A DNA stretch of 57,833 bases, taken from NCBI GenBank assembly GCA_039586795.1, contig JBDHJS010000020.1, positions 1 through 57,833 on the forward strand, given 5' to 3'. The notes under the pieces are model-generated. The model was not told where the DNA came from. It did no database searches and saw only the letters and a list, made by a program, of their open reading frames with translations. The DNA comes from Gemmatimonadota bacterium. GTDB lineage: Bacteria; Gemmatimonadota; Gemmatimonadetes; Palauibacterales; KS3-K002. Made by a program: the position numbers and the translations under genes. Position 1 is the stretch's first letter; each line of letters starts with the position of its first letter. Below are positions 10,130 to 19,712 of the stretch, piece after piece.

Positions 10130-11326
10130 CTACGAGACCTTGAACACAGCCGCTATACCGACATCGCCTGCGGCACAACCAAAGATCAGAACGTGACCAC
10201 CGCCCAGATCGACTGCTTCCTCGAGAGCCTCTATGATCACTCGAGTGAGCGTCGGGCCCTGGGGGTGCCCCCAGACCATCGAGCAGCCGGTGTTGTTCAT
10301 CTTGCGCCAGTCGTAGCCGGTAATCTTGGAGAAGATGACGTCGTTTACGGCAAAGGGATTGTGGTTTTTAACCACGGCCATGTCGTCCATGGTCAGCCCG
10401 GTCCTGTCCAGCAGTTTCTGTACGGCGAATGCCGGCGCTTCCGGCATCAGGCTGGGTTGGGTCCGGGCCTCCACCTTAGCGACGAACTGAATGTCGATCT
10501 CGGGTCGAGAGCTGAGCTCCTTCGCCTTCTCCTTGGTCGTCACGAGTAGGGTCGACATGCCGTCGGAGGCGTGGGTCTGGCCGCCACCGGTAACACACGT
10601 ATCGAGCTCGCGCATCGCGCGGAGCCCGGCCCGCGTTACCATGCGCACACCAAAGTCGTCATCGATGCGGCCCAGCGGGCGGCCCGCCACGTTCAGCACA
10701 TCAAGAGGCACGAGGACGCGTTCCAGGAATCCCGACTCCTTGGCATCGAAGTACTGGTCGTAGCGCAGGAAGGCCACTTCGTCCGTCTCCTCGCGATCGC
10801 AATTGTACTTGCGAGCCGTGATGCCGGCGGCCGTGATCATGGCGTTACCCGTCGCCGGGTCGAAGCCGAAGTTGTCCCACACGTCGGCGATCGCCTGAGT
10901 GCGCTCGTGGGCCCGGCGCTCTGGGAAGACGCCTACGGGCGAGTCGCTGGTTCGGTCGAACGTGAGCACGCCGACGGTGTCGAAGGCGCCCGACTGGACC
11001 TCGGCGCCGGCCAGCAGCACCGCCTGGAGGCCGGTGGCGCAGGCCTGCTCGACGTGGTAGCCCGGGATCCGGTGTCCCATACAGCTGGCGACCAACGGCG
11101 CGTTCCAGAACTTCCAGTGCCAGGGTATCGTGGATCCGATAACCAGGTAGTCCAGCTCGCTCTTGGGTACTTTTCTGAGCCCCAGTATCTGGGCCATCGA
11201 CTCGCCGGCGAACTGGCCGATGTTGACCTCCGCCAGGGCGGACGTCTGCCAGGCCGGGAAATAGCTGCTTCCCCAGGTTCCATAAGGGATTCTGGCGTCA
11301 GGGAGCATCTGGCGTGCCTTTGTCAT
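10130..11326 (-). CDS. Thiolase family acyl-CoA acetyltransferase
   Basis: QACATG, SDG, GHPQG and GCAAG motifs; NEAF is replaced by HNPF. Confidence 0.9.
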   Translation of the reverse strand: MTKARQMLPDARIPYGTWGSSYFPAWQTSALAEVNIGQFAGESMAQILGLRKVPKSELDYLVIGSTIPWHWKFWNAPLVASCMGHRIPGYHVEQACATGLQAVLLAGAEVQSGAFDTVGVLTFDRTSDSPVGVFPERRAHERTQAIADVWDNFGFDPATGNAMITAAGITARKYNCDREETDEVAFLRYDQYFDAKESGFLERVLVPLDVLNVAGRPLGRIDDDFGVRMVTRAGLRAMRELDTCVTGGGQTHASDGMSTLLVTTKEKAKELSSRPEIDIQFVAKVEARTQPSLMPEAPAFAVQKLLDRTGLTMDDMAVVKNHNPFAVNDVIFSKITGYDWRKMNNTGCSMVWGHPQGPTLTRVIIEALEEAVDLGGGHVLIFGCAAGDVGIAAVFKVS

Positions 11327-11389
11327 AGGGTATCCCCCCTCAAATAGCTGATGGCTATCTGGTGAGTTGTCGTGCAGTGGTGGGGCAGG

Positions 11390-13621
11390 TTATCGCCCTA
11401 TTTTAGCACCACAGAACCTAGTTAACAAACGCAGGGCGCGGTCAGCGGTTCTGAAGGTCGGGATCCCGTGCTCCTCCAGGAGCCGGGCCATGGGGTCGTA
11501 CAGGGGGCCGCCGTCTACTGCCACCACCCAGGGCTTGTCTACTTGATCCTTCAGCCTGACAAGCCGCATAGCGACGGAGTTCTCGGCGTAAATGTCCTCG
11601 GCGTGGCTATCACCGGGGGCAAGGGTCTGTAGGGCGCCGGTGAGAGGGACGCAAGCGACAAGGGCCACGTCGACGTTGTCGTCCTCGAGGACGAGGCGCA
11701 CCGCCTTCTCGAACGGGGCGTCAGGCATGATCGGCGTGATATCCACCGGATTGCGAACATCGATCACTTCGTCGAGCCGAGCCTCTTTCAGCAGAGCACG
11801 AAGACCGGTTTTCGTAGGCTCTGTGAACTCCGTCAATCGCAAGTCGGTGAGGTGATCGGAGATCGAGACGCACTCGAAGCCGGCGTTGGAGATGGCGCCC
11901 AGCCGTGAGCCATTGACCGTCTTCGATCCGAGAAACGCGAACAGCTTGACCATGTCCTCGAAATCGTCCGTGGTGTCGCAGACAATGACGCCCGCCGACT
12001 CGGCCAGCTGGCGGGTGACGGCGTAGTCGCCGGCGATGGAGGCCGTGTGGCTGGCGGAAGCGCTCTGGCCTTCAGCCGTACGGCCAGCACGGTAGAGAAC
12101 GATGGTCTTGCCACGCTTGGATATTTCCCGCGCCGCGCTCAGGAAGCGCGCCCCATCCAGCGGTTGAAACCCCTCGACGTAGATGGCGAATATCTCGAGC
12201 TTCGGGTCATCCTTCAGATACGCCAGGTAGTCCCCGATGGTCAGGTCGGTTTGGTTGCCGACGGAGATGGCGTAACGGGGCGCCAGCCCGACCTTACCGC
12301 CTTTCGCTCCGTAAAAAGCCCCGCTCTGCGAGATGTAGGCGATGGGCGCCAGCGGCGCTTCGGGCATCGGTAGCTTTCGCTCCGGCAAAAACGTTGTGTC
12401 GTAACGGCCGGGCACCGATCGAACGCCCATGGAGTTCGCGCCGACCAGCAGCGGGCCACGCCAGTCACTGTCCCTAGCCTTGGCCAGAGCGTGGTGCAGC
12501 TTCTCCACGATCGCTGTGGACCCTTCTGTCTCACCTATGCCACCGGGAATGAGAACAACGTTCTCGGCCAGTTGCTTCTCTAATATGACGGCGAGCATCT
12601 CGGGGACTTGTCCGGCGGCGACGGCGAGCACGAGTTTGTCGACCTTTTCGGGCAGCGACTCCAAATCGGGATAGCATGCGCACCCTTCGATCGTGTCCGA
12701 GCCCGGCTTCACGACGTAGACGCGCTCGCGCTCGAACCCGGCACGCAGCGTGTTGATCAGACTTACGCGACCCGGGTTCATTCGCTCCGACACGCCAACA
12801 AACGCGATTGACTTGGGTTCGAACAGGTTCTTTAGCTTGCGAACAGGGCGGCTAGCCGGCTTCGCGGCTGTGGCCAGCGCGCACCTAGCGAGCACGTCGA
12901 GAGGTACGAGCCGCCCCTCGGAGATGACGAACGGGTTCACCTCGAACTCGCTAAGAACGTCTGGCATCGTCTCCCGCGCCAACGCGCCGAACTTCAGGAG
13001 GGTCTCGATGATCTGGTGCATCGCGATCCGCTCGTCCTGCCCACGTAGCTCTCCGGTTAGCAGCTTGGTAACTGCGACCCCGCGGATCAACGCCTCAGCG
13101 CTCGCCGGACTCAGGTCCTCTGCCGACGCAATGGCCACATCCCGGCTGGCCCTGAAGTTCTCAGCCAGGAATTCCGTGTAGACCCCACCCGCGCCGTAGG
13201 TGACGACAGGGCCGAAATCGTCCGTCCATCGAGCACTCATCAACAATTCGCCGCCGAGCGACGGGTCGTATTCAACGCACTCGACCAACAGGTATCCGCG
13301 CACATCCCGGCCGTCGAACGCCTCCTCCATAGACTGGATCGTCTGTTTGACGCTGTTGACCTCTTTTGCCGCGAAGACGACGCCACCCTCGTCGCTCTTG
13401 TGAAGCACCTCGGGCGATACGACTTTGACGACGACTTCAAAGCCCGGAAGCGCCCGCAGGTCGCCCTCGCCCAACTGCGCCGCGTCACGTACGAAGACGC
13501 ACTCCGGCACCGCGATGCCAATGGCACGGAGTAGCTCTAATCCCTCTGTTTCTAGAAGATTGTCCCGCCCGTCGGACCGGGCAGCCTCAACGATCTTGGC
13601 AGGGCTCCTACCGCTCACCAC
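11390..13621 (-). CDS. ADP-forming acetate/acyl-CoA synthetase (ATP-grasp beta domain fused N-terminally to the alpha domain)
   Basis: HKSDEGGV, FGPVV, FEVNP, GANSMG, SQSGA, SVGN, phospho-His SHTAS, SNAG and NPVD motifs. Confidence 0.9.
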   Translation of the reverse strand: MVSGRSPAKIVEAARSDGRDNLLETEGLELLRAIGIAVPECVFVRDAAQLGEGDLRALPGFEVVVKVVSPEVLHKSDEGGVVFAAKEVNSVKQTIQSMEEAFDGRDVRGYLLVECVEYDPSLGGELLMSARWTDDFGPVVTYGAGGVYTEFLAENFRASRDVAIASAEDLSPASAEALIRGVAVTKLLTGELRGQDERIAMHQIIETLLKFGALARETMPDVLSEFEVNPFVISEGRLVPLDVLARCALATAAKPASRPVRKLKNLFEPKSIAFVGVSERMNPGRVSLINTLRAGFERERVYVVKPGSDTIEGCACYPDLESLPEKVDKLVLAVAAGQVPEMLAVILEKQLAENVVLIPGGIGETEGSTAIVEKLHHALAKARDSDWRGPLLVGANSMGVRSVPGRYDTTFLPERKLPMPEAPLAPIAYISQSGAFYGAKGGKVGLAPRYAISVGNQTDLTIGDYLAYLKDDPKLEIFAIYVEGFQPLDGARFLSAAREISKRGKTIVLYRAGRTAEGQSASASHTASIAGDYAVTRQLAESAGVIVCDTTDDFEDMVKLFAFLGSKTVNGSRLGAISNAGFECVSISDHLTDLRLTEFTEPTKTGLRALLKEARLDEVIDVRNPVDITPIMPDAPFEKAVRLVLEDDNVDVALVACVPLTGALQTLAPGDSHAEDIYAENSVAMRLVRLKDQVDKPWVVAVDGGPLYDPMARLLEEHGIPTFRTADRALRLLTRFCGAKIGR

Positions 13622-13649
13622 TCACCACCTACCACCCACCACCTACCTC
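13615..13649. repeat. Degenerate heptamer tandem repeat (CTCACCA/CCTACCA) at the citF stop codon
   Basis: ctcacca ctcacca cctacca cccacca cctacct. Confidence 0.75.
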
Positions 13650-15232
13650 ACCCTCCACACCGTATCAATCACCGTCCCATCCACCCACTTGATCACCGCC
13701 ACCGGCTCGTCGGTCAAAGCTGCCTTCGCCGGCGGCCCACCCACCATCTTCTCCACCTCTTCCTTGATCTCCTCGATGGGCCGAATCGGCAAGTTCGATC
13801 CCTTCACGGCATCAAGCAAATCCGTGCGTCGCGGATTGATCGCCAATCCGCGTTCGGTGGCGATCACGTCGATCAGCTCGCCGGGCCCAGTCACGGTGGT
13901 GACCTCGTCGAGGAGCACGGGGATGCGGTCGCGGAACGACGGGACGGCGAGGATCGTGCAGCCGGAGGACAGGCAGTTCTGCCAGCCGCCGATGCCGTGG
14001 AGCAGCACGCCGTCGGAGTGGGTGTTGACGTTGGCGTTGAAGTTGACATCGACTTCTGTGGCGCCGAGAACCACGGCGTCGACCATCGATGCGAAGTTGC
14101 CCTTGCCGTGGTAGTTGTAGGAGGTGAAGGGCGACGTCGCGATGTGGCGCGGGTCGGAGGCGATGGACTCGACGGCGGCCAGGTCGAATGTCTGGCCGTC
14201 GAGGATGTAGTCGGTGTAGCCCTCGTTCAGCAGGTCGACCAGGTACTGGGTCGAGCCGCCGCGGACGAAGCGCGCTTTAACTCCGGCCTCCTTCATCATC
14301 TCCTTCAAGAAACCGACGAAGGCCAGGGCGATACCGCCGGCGCCGGCCTGGAACGAGAAGCCGTCCTTCATGATCCCGGCTTCTTTGAGGAAGCGGGCCA
14401 CGTACTCGGCGATGAGCAGGCGGTCAGGACTCTTTGTGATCTGCGTAGTGCCGGAGACGATCTTCGACGGGTCGCCGATGGAATCGACCTCGACGACGCA
14501 GTCGACGTTATTGCCCTGGATCTGCCACGGGATGCAAGGGAAGGGGACCAGGTTATCGGTGACGACGATAACGTGATCGGCGTAGATCGAGTCGGCCAGC
14601 GCGAAGCCGAGAGATCCGCAGGCCGACGGTCCGTGGGACCCGTCGGAGTTGCCGAACGGGTCGGCGGTGGGCGCGGCGATCACGGCGATGTCGATGTGGA
14701 CCTCGCCGTCCTGGATCGCTTGCCAGCGGCCGCCGTGGGAGCGGAGAACGCCCATGCCGCGCATCTTCCCCTCGGAGCAATAGCGGCCCAGCGGGCCGTT
14801 CATGCTGCCTTCGATATGATGGACGACGCCTTGGTCCATCAGGTCGATCACCGGGGCGTGGCAGGGGAAGGAGGCGCTGGGCAGCCACATGAGGTCTTTG
14901 GCGCCCAGTTCAGCGGCGGCGTTGAGGGCCAACAGGGCGACCTCGTCGCCGTTCCTCAAGTGATGGTGGGTCGAGATCGTCATGCCGTCCTTGAGACCGC
15001 ACTTTTGGAGCGCCGTCTTGAGGTCGGCTACGCGCTTGTCGCCGCTGTCGGGATAGTCCTTTACGGATCGGATGGGCGGAGCCGCTTTGGTGCCTTGCGG
15101 CTGGTACGCGCCTGGTCCCTGGAAGGGGGCTTGTTCCTTGCCGTTGACGATCGTTGGGACGCGGCGGCCTAGAGAATTCTTGACGAGTTCCATGTTCTTC
15201 AAATCATCAATCATCAGTCGCTCAATGCTCAA
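13643..15232 (-). CDS. citF: Citrate lyase alpha subunit-like CoA/ACP transferase (true start may be a downstream ATG)
   Basis: GLKDGMTIS.HHH.R.GD, RSHGGR, ACGSLG, FSFQ.GAGG, LGATEVD..FN.NV.T and GIGG motifs. Confidence 0.92.
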   Translation of the reverse strand: MSIERLMIDDLKNMELVKNSLGRRVPTIVNGKEQAPFQGPGAYQPQGTKAAPPIRSVKDYPDSGDKRVADLKTALQKCGLKDGMTISTHHHLRNGDEVALLALNAAAELGAKDLMWLPSASFPCHAPVIDLMDQGVVHHIEGSMNGPLGRYCSEGKMRGMGVLRSHGGRWQAIQDGEVHIDIAVIAAPTADPFGNSDGSHGPSACGSLGFALADSIYADHVIVVTDNLVPFPCIPWQIQGNNVDCVVEVDSIGDPSKIVSGTTQITKSPDRLLIAEYVARFLKEAGIMKDGFSFQAGAGGIALAFVGFLKEMMKEAGVKARFVRGGSTQYLVDLLNEGYTDYILDGQTFDLAAVESIASDPRHIATSPFTSYNYHGKGNFASMVDAVVLGATEVDVNFNANVNTHSDGVLLHGIGGWQNCLSSGCTILAVPSFRDRIPVLLDEVTTVTGPGELIDVIATERGLAINPRRTDLLDAVKGSNLPIRPIEEIKEEVEKMVGGPPAKAALTDEPVAVIKWVDGTVIDTVWRVR

Positions 15233-16443
15233 TCGCTCAGCAGATTCATGCGGCGCGCGTTGTCTACGAGGCGTTGTGCGCGGAGGACGACGGGTGGGTC
15301 GATCATCTTGGTGCCGAGTCGCACCACGCCAAGGCCTTTTGCCTGTGCTTCATCGAAGGCGGCGACGATCTTTTGTGCCTTTTCGATTTCGTCGGCCGAT
15401 GGCGCGAAGGCTTCGTGAATTGGTTCGATCTGGCGCGGGTGGATGCAGCCCATTCCTTCGAAGCCGAGAGCGCGAGAACGAGCTGCCCATTCCCGGAGTC
15501 CTTCGACGTTGCCCACCTCGCCGTAGACGGAGTCGATGGCCTGAACGCCGGCGGCGCGGGCTGCGTTGACGAGGCGCTGACGGGCGAACAGCGACTCGCT
15601 GCCTTCCTGTGTTTTGCGGACGCCCATGTCGGCCGTGTAGTCCTCCAGACCGATGGTCAGCGCGACGATGGATTCGGCGGCGCTGGCTATGGCGAAGGCG
15701 TTTTCGATGCCAAGAGCCGATTCGAGGATCGGCATCAGCCAGATCGGGTGTCCGTCACCGGCCTTGGCCCGGACGCCGCGGATCCGCTCTTCCACCTCGG
15801 CGACCTGCTCGGCGTGTTCGACCTTGGGGATCAGGATCAGGTCCGGTCCTTCGGGAACGACGGCCTTCAGGTCTTCGAAGCCAAGAGGCAACTGATTGAT
15901 GCGGACCATGCGCTCGGCGCCCATGAAGTCGACGCAGCGTAGCGCGTTCCGCACGATCAATCGAGCCGTGTCCTTCTCGTCCGGGTGGACCGAGTCCTCC
16001 AGATCGAGAATCACCCCGTCCGGGTGATGCAGCCCGGCGTTGACGAACAGCTTGGGTTGATTGCCAGGTAGATAGAGTCGCGACCGCCGGAGACGATCGA
16101 CGGCGGTGGGTCCGTCGCGGGTAACGAGACGGTCCGGGCGCGCGTCGCCTTTCCGCTTAGCGCCGGCCCGGAGAGCCGCGGCCTCGACCCGAGCGGCGAT
16201 GGTGAAGGGAAGGCCGCCGCCGTCATCGATCTCGACCCGAGCGTTCTTCACGCCCAGCGCGCCGAGCACGCCTTGGGTCGCTTCGCGGATCGAGTCGCCG
16301 TACATCGCGCCGACCTTGGAGCGGACGTCGAGCTCCACGCCGCCAGAGTCCGCGAGCTCGACGGCAACGTGGAGATCGGAACGAACGTCGTCGCCGACCG
16401 GGCCCGCTTCACCGCGGCCGGCTTTCGCGGCCTTCCCGCCCAT
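15229..16443 (-). CDS. citE: Fusion of citrate lyase ACP (CitD/gamma) and citryl-CoA lyase (CitE/beta)
   Basis: N-terminal S.V..MYG.SI...DDGG.L...I.AR.EAA (CitD-like); C-terminal RRSRLYLPGN, LDLEDSV, VRIN, ILIPKVE, ILES, GLEDYTAD, IHPRQI and MIDPP. Confidence 0.9.
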   Translation of the reverse strand: MGGKAAKAGRGEAGPVGDDVRSDLHVAVELADSGGVELDVRSKVGAMYGDSIREATQGVLGALGVKNARVEIDDGGGLPFTIAARVEAAALRAGAKRKGDARPDRLVTRDGPTAVDRLRRSRLYLPGNQPKLFVNAGLHHPDGVILDLEDSVHPDEKDTARLIVRNALRCVDFMGAERMVRINQLPLGFEDLKAVVPEGPDLILIPKVEHAEQVAEVEERIRGVRAKAGDGHPIWLMPILESALGIENAFAIASAAESIVALTIGLEDYTADMGVRKTQEGSESLFARQRLVNAARAAGVQAIDSVYGEVGNVEGLREWAARSRALGFEGMGCIHPRQIEPIHEAFAPSADEIEKAQKIVAAFDEAQAKGLGVVRLGTKMIDPPVVLRAQRLVDNARRMNLLSD

Positions 16444-16454
16444 GCTTTCCCTCC

Positions 16455-17642
16455 TCAGCCCAGGTGGGCGATGATCGCGTCGGTCACCTGGTTGGTGGTG
16501 GCGGCGCCCTGGGCGATCGACTTCGGTCCGCCAGGGATCTTCAGCATGTCGTAGGTGCGGACCTTACCCTCGACGACGACCGCCGCGATCGCACCGCGCA
16601 TCGCCTCCGCCTTATCCGTTTCGCCGATGTGGTCGAGCATCATGGCGGCGCTGAGAACCATGGCGATGGGATTCACGATCGACGGATCGAGGGTTTCGTA
16701 TTTGGGCGCCGAGCCGTGGGTCGGCTCGAACACCGCGACCTCGTCGCCGATGTTGGCGGAGCAGGCAAACCCGAGGCCGCCGACCAGGCCGGCGAACGCG
16801 TCGGAGACGATATCGCCGAACATGTTACCGGCGACGATCACCGAGTAATCCTCGGGGTTCTTGGTCAGCCACATCATCTGGGCGTCGATGTTGGTGGACC
16901 AATGTTCGATGCCGGGGTAATCCGGTTTGACCTCTCGAGCTACCTCTTCCAGCATGCCCGATGTCTCGCGGAGCACGTTCGGCTTCTCGCATATCGTCAC
17001 CGACTTATAGCCGTGCTTCTTCGCGTACTCGAACGCCGCGGTGACGATGCGGCGGCAGGCGTTGCGGGTGAACACGCGGGTCGAGATCGCCATCTCCGGG
17101 CTAGGCACATGGGCGAAGCCCTTGAACTTGGGGTGCGTCGCCAACGCGTCCCGCACCTGGTCCGGCGGGTTCGTCCACTCGAGCCCGGCGTACAGACCCT
17201 CGGTGTTCTGTCGGAAGATCACCGCATCAACCTTTGGCTCCTCGTAGCCGCCGCCCGCCTTTTGGCGGATGAAGTTCAGCGGGTTGCCCGGGAAGGAGCG
17301 GCAGGGCCGAATGCAGACGTCTAGGTTGAATCGCTGGCGCAGCCCGACGATGGGGCTGTAGTAGACGAGTCCCTTGTCCTGAAGTTCGGGCTTCAGCTCC
17401 TTGGCCGCTTCGTTCTTAGGCTTCGAGGTGATCGCCCCGAACAGCCCCAACTTGTGCTCCTGCAAGAGCTCGATCGTTTTCTCGGGGAGCGGATTGCCGT
17501 CATTGATCCAGCAATCCCACCCGATATCCGCGTGCACGTAGTCGGCCTCGAACCCTACCGCGTCGAGGACCCTGATCGCCTCAGGCAATACGGTCTTTCC
17601 TATGCCGTCGCCCGGCATGCTCACTACTGTGTTCTTAGCCAT
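16455..17642 (-). CDS. Beta-decarboxylating dehydrogenase, isocitrate/homoisocitrate type
   Basis: PGDGIG, YSPIVGLR, RQNTEGLY, KPNVL, NMFGDIVSD and EPTHGSAP; ATG at 17642 after AGGAG. Confidence 0.9.
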   Translation of the reverse strand: MAKNTVVSMPGDGIGKTVLPEAIRVLDAVGFEADYVHADIGWDCWINDGNPLPEKTIELLQEHKLGLFGAITSKPKNEAAKELKPELQDKGLVYYSPIVGLRQRFNLDVCIRPCRSFPGNPLNFIRQKAGGGYEEPKVDAVIFRQNTEGLYAGLEWTNPPDQVRDALATHPKFKGFAHVPSPEMAISTRVFTRNACRRIVTAAFEYAKKHGYKSVTICEKPNVLRETSGMLEEVAREVKPDYPGIEHWSTNIDAQMMWLTKNPEDYSVIVAGNMFGDIVSDAFAGLVGGLGFACSANIGDEVAVFEPTHGSAPKYETLDPSIVNPIAMVLSAAMMLDHIGETDKAEAMRGAIAAVVVEGKVRTYDMLKIPGGPKSIAQGAATTNQVTDAIIAHLG

Positions 17643-17694
17643 GATCTCCTTACGTCTGCCTATTTGTTTTAGTTGTACGCTGCCAATTCTAACT

Positions 17695-19635
17695 TCATAG
17701 TCCAAGCTTGGTTTTCACCAGGTTCTCAACGCCGCCCGCCACGACCAACGATTGAGGAACCGAGCCCAGCGCCGGGAAGTTGTACAGCGCTTCACCGTGC
17801 CGCACAGTGCCGCTCTTGAAGTCGACCTCAAGGGTATCCCCTGGGATCAGCGTCAGCTCGCCGGCCTTTATCTCTTTCGTGTGCACATCGTAGAGTCGTT
17901 CAACGAGAGCTGGACATTCGATGCAAACGAAACCGTTGTTGAAGGCGTTGCGCAGGTACGTTTGCGAGAAGCTGCCGGCGATCACAAGCGGGATGCCCGC
18001 CGCCTGTAGCGATGTGGCCGCCTGCTCTCGACTGGAGCCGGTGCCGAAGTTGTAGCCGCCGACCAGCACATCGCCGGGGCCTGTCCGCTCGACGAAGGCC
18101 GGGTCGTAGTTCTCCATCACGACCTTCGCCATCTCGTCCCGGGTCAGGTCGCGATAGGTGTAGTCCTTACCGTAGATCCCGTCGGTGTTCAGGTTGTCCT
18201 GCGGCAGAAAGACGAGACGTCCCTCGATGCGATCGGGGAATCCGGCGAGGATCTCCACCTCGTCGTCCGCGTCGACCGGTTGGCCGACTCGTTCGAACGC
18301 GTAGGCAGGCGCCTGCCCATCCGACGGTTCGGGGCCAGTGATGTACCCGGCGACGGCGGAAGCGGCGACGACCTGCGGGCTGGCCAGGTAGGCCTGAGCA
18401 TCCCGTGAGCCCATGCGACCCTTGAAGTTCCGATTGGTGGCGGAGATGCCGACCTCACCCGGTTCCAGCAACCCTGTGCCGAGACCGATGCAGGGCCCGC
18501 AACCGGGCGGCAATGGGACGGCGCCGGCATCGAGCAGGGCGCCCCAGGCGCCAGTGTGCTCGGCCTCGCCCTGGATCTCGGCGCTGGCCGCGGCGACGTA
18601 CATGTCGACGCCATCGGCGATCTGCTTGCCGCGGAGCACGGCGGCGGCCGCCTCGATGTCCTCCAGCCGGCTGTTCACGCAGCTGACTAGGTATGCCTTT
18701 TGGATGGCGATCTTGTCGGTCTCGATGTCGGCCAGCGAGCGCATGACCTGCACGCTGTCCGGTCCCGAGACGTGGGGACTCACGGCGCCGAGGTCGATCT
18801 CGATGCGCGCCGCGTAACCCGCGTCTTCATCGGCGGCGATGGGATCGGCGGCCCAGCTCTCGAGATCGGCGTCGCTGTAACGCTCGACGCCCTTCGCCGC
18901 GAGAAGTGCCTTTCGCTTCTTCAGATACTGGAGGGTCGTGGCGTCGGCGGGGAACCAGCCGACGAGAGCGCCCCACTCGGTGGTCATGTTGGAGATCGCC
19001 ATGCGCTCGTCCATGCTGAGCGCCGCGACGCCGGGCCCAGTGAACTCGACCGCTGCGTTCAGTACCTCCCCCTGATTGTACAGACCGCAGAGCGTGACGA
19101 TCACGTCCTTGCCGGTGGCGCCGTCGCGCAGCTCGCCGGTCATCACGACCTGAACCGTGCGCGGGATCTGCCACCAGAACTCGCCGGTCGCCCAGATGGC
19201 CGCCGCGTCGGTACGGACCACCGGCGTGCCCAGGGCGCCCAGGGCGCCATACATATTAGAGTGAGAGTCGGAGCCGACGACGAGGGAGCCCGGGACCACG
19301 TAACCCTGCGAGACCATGATCTGGTGGCTGATCCCGGTGCCCGCGGGATAGAAGTCGACGCCCTGATCCTTGGCAAACGCCTCGATGTCGGCGTACTTGG
19401 CCAGATTGCTCTCCGACGTGTTCTGGATGTCGTGATCGAGAGCGTAGACCGGCTGCTTGGGGTTCTTGATGCGAGAAGCACCGATCGCCCGGAATTTCTG
19501 CATCACCGCGGCCGTGTTATCGTGGGTCATGATGTGCCGAGGCCTGAGCGATATGACGTCACCGGTACGTAGCGCCCGTTTCGGCCCCTCCGCCATGTGT
19601 CGTTGCGCGATCTTCTCTACAACTGTCTGACCCAT
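17695..19635 (-). CDS. lysF: Single-chain homoaconitase-like [4Fe-4S] hydro-lyase (large and small domains fused)
   Basis: MTHDN, GSDSHSNMYG, SCVNSR, GCGPCIGLG, ISATNRNFKGRMG, NTDGIY and NFGTGSSREQA; resembles fungal Lys4/LysF architecture. Confidence 0.85.
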   Translation of the reverse strand: MGQTVVEKIAQRHMAEGPKRALRTGDVISLRPRHIMTHDNTAAVMQKFRAIGASRIKNPKQPVYALDHDIQNTSESNLAKYADIEAFAKDQGVDFYPAGTGISHQIMVSQGYVVPGSLVVGSDSHSNMYGALGALGTPVVRTDAAAIWATGEFWWQIPRTVQVVMTGELRDGATGKDVIVTLCGLYNQGEVLNAAVEFTGPGVAALSMDERMAISNMTTEWGALVGWFPADATTLQYLKKRKALLAAKGVERYSDADLESWAADPIAADEDAGYAARIEIDLGAVSPHVSGPDSVQVMRSLADIETDKIAIQKAYLVSCVNSRLEDIEAAAAVLRGKQIADGVDMYVAAASAEIQGEAEHTGAWGALLDAGAVPLPPGCGPCIGLGTGLLEPGEVGISATNRNFKGRMGSRDAQAYLASPQVVAASAVAGYITGPEPSDGQAPAYAFERVGQPVDADDEVEILAGFPDRIEGRLVFLPQDNLNTDGIYGKDYTYRDLTRDEMAKVVMENYDPAFVERTGPGDVLVGGYNFGTGSSREQAATSLQAAGIPLVIAGSFSQTYLRNAFNNGFVCIECPALVERLYDVHTKEIKAGELTLIPGDTLEVDFKSGTVRHGEALYNFPALGSVPQSLVVAGGVENLVKTKLGL

Positions 19636-19667
19636 CGTCCTGCCGACTCCTCTCAAGGCGAACAGCT

Positions 19668-19712
19668 ACCGTTTACCGTCAACCGTCTACCGTCTACCGT
19701 CTACTATCTACC
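19668..19712. repeat. ACCGTCT heptamer tandem array
   Basis: accgttt accgtca accgtct accgtct accgtct actatct acc. Confidence 0.85.

Noticed and set aside
16455..19635. Calling the homoaconitase/dehydrogenase pair a lysine (AAA) or leucine biosynthesis operon
   Set aside because: There is no homocitrate or isopropylmalate synthase or lysW/X/Y/Z/J/K nearby, and the context is citrate lyase and acyl-CoA genes.
19668..19712. Short tandem arrays as possible CRISPR repeats
   Set aside because: Units are 7 bp with no unique spacers, and there are no cas genes in the window.
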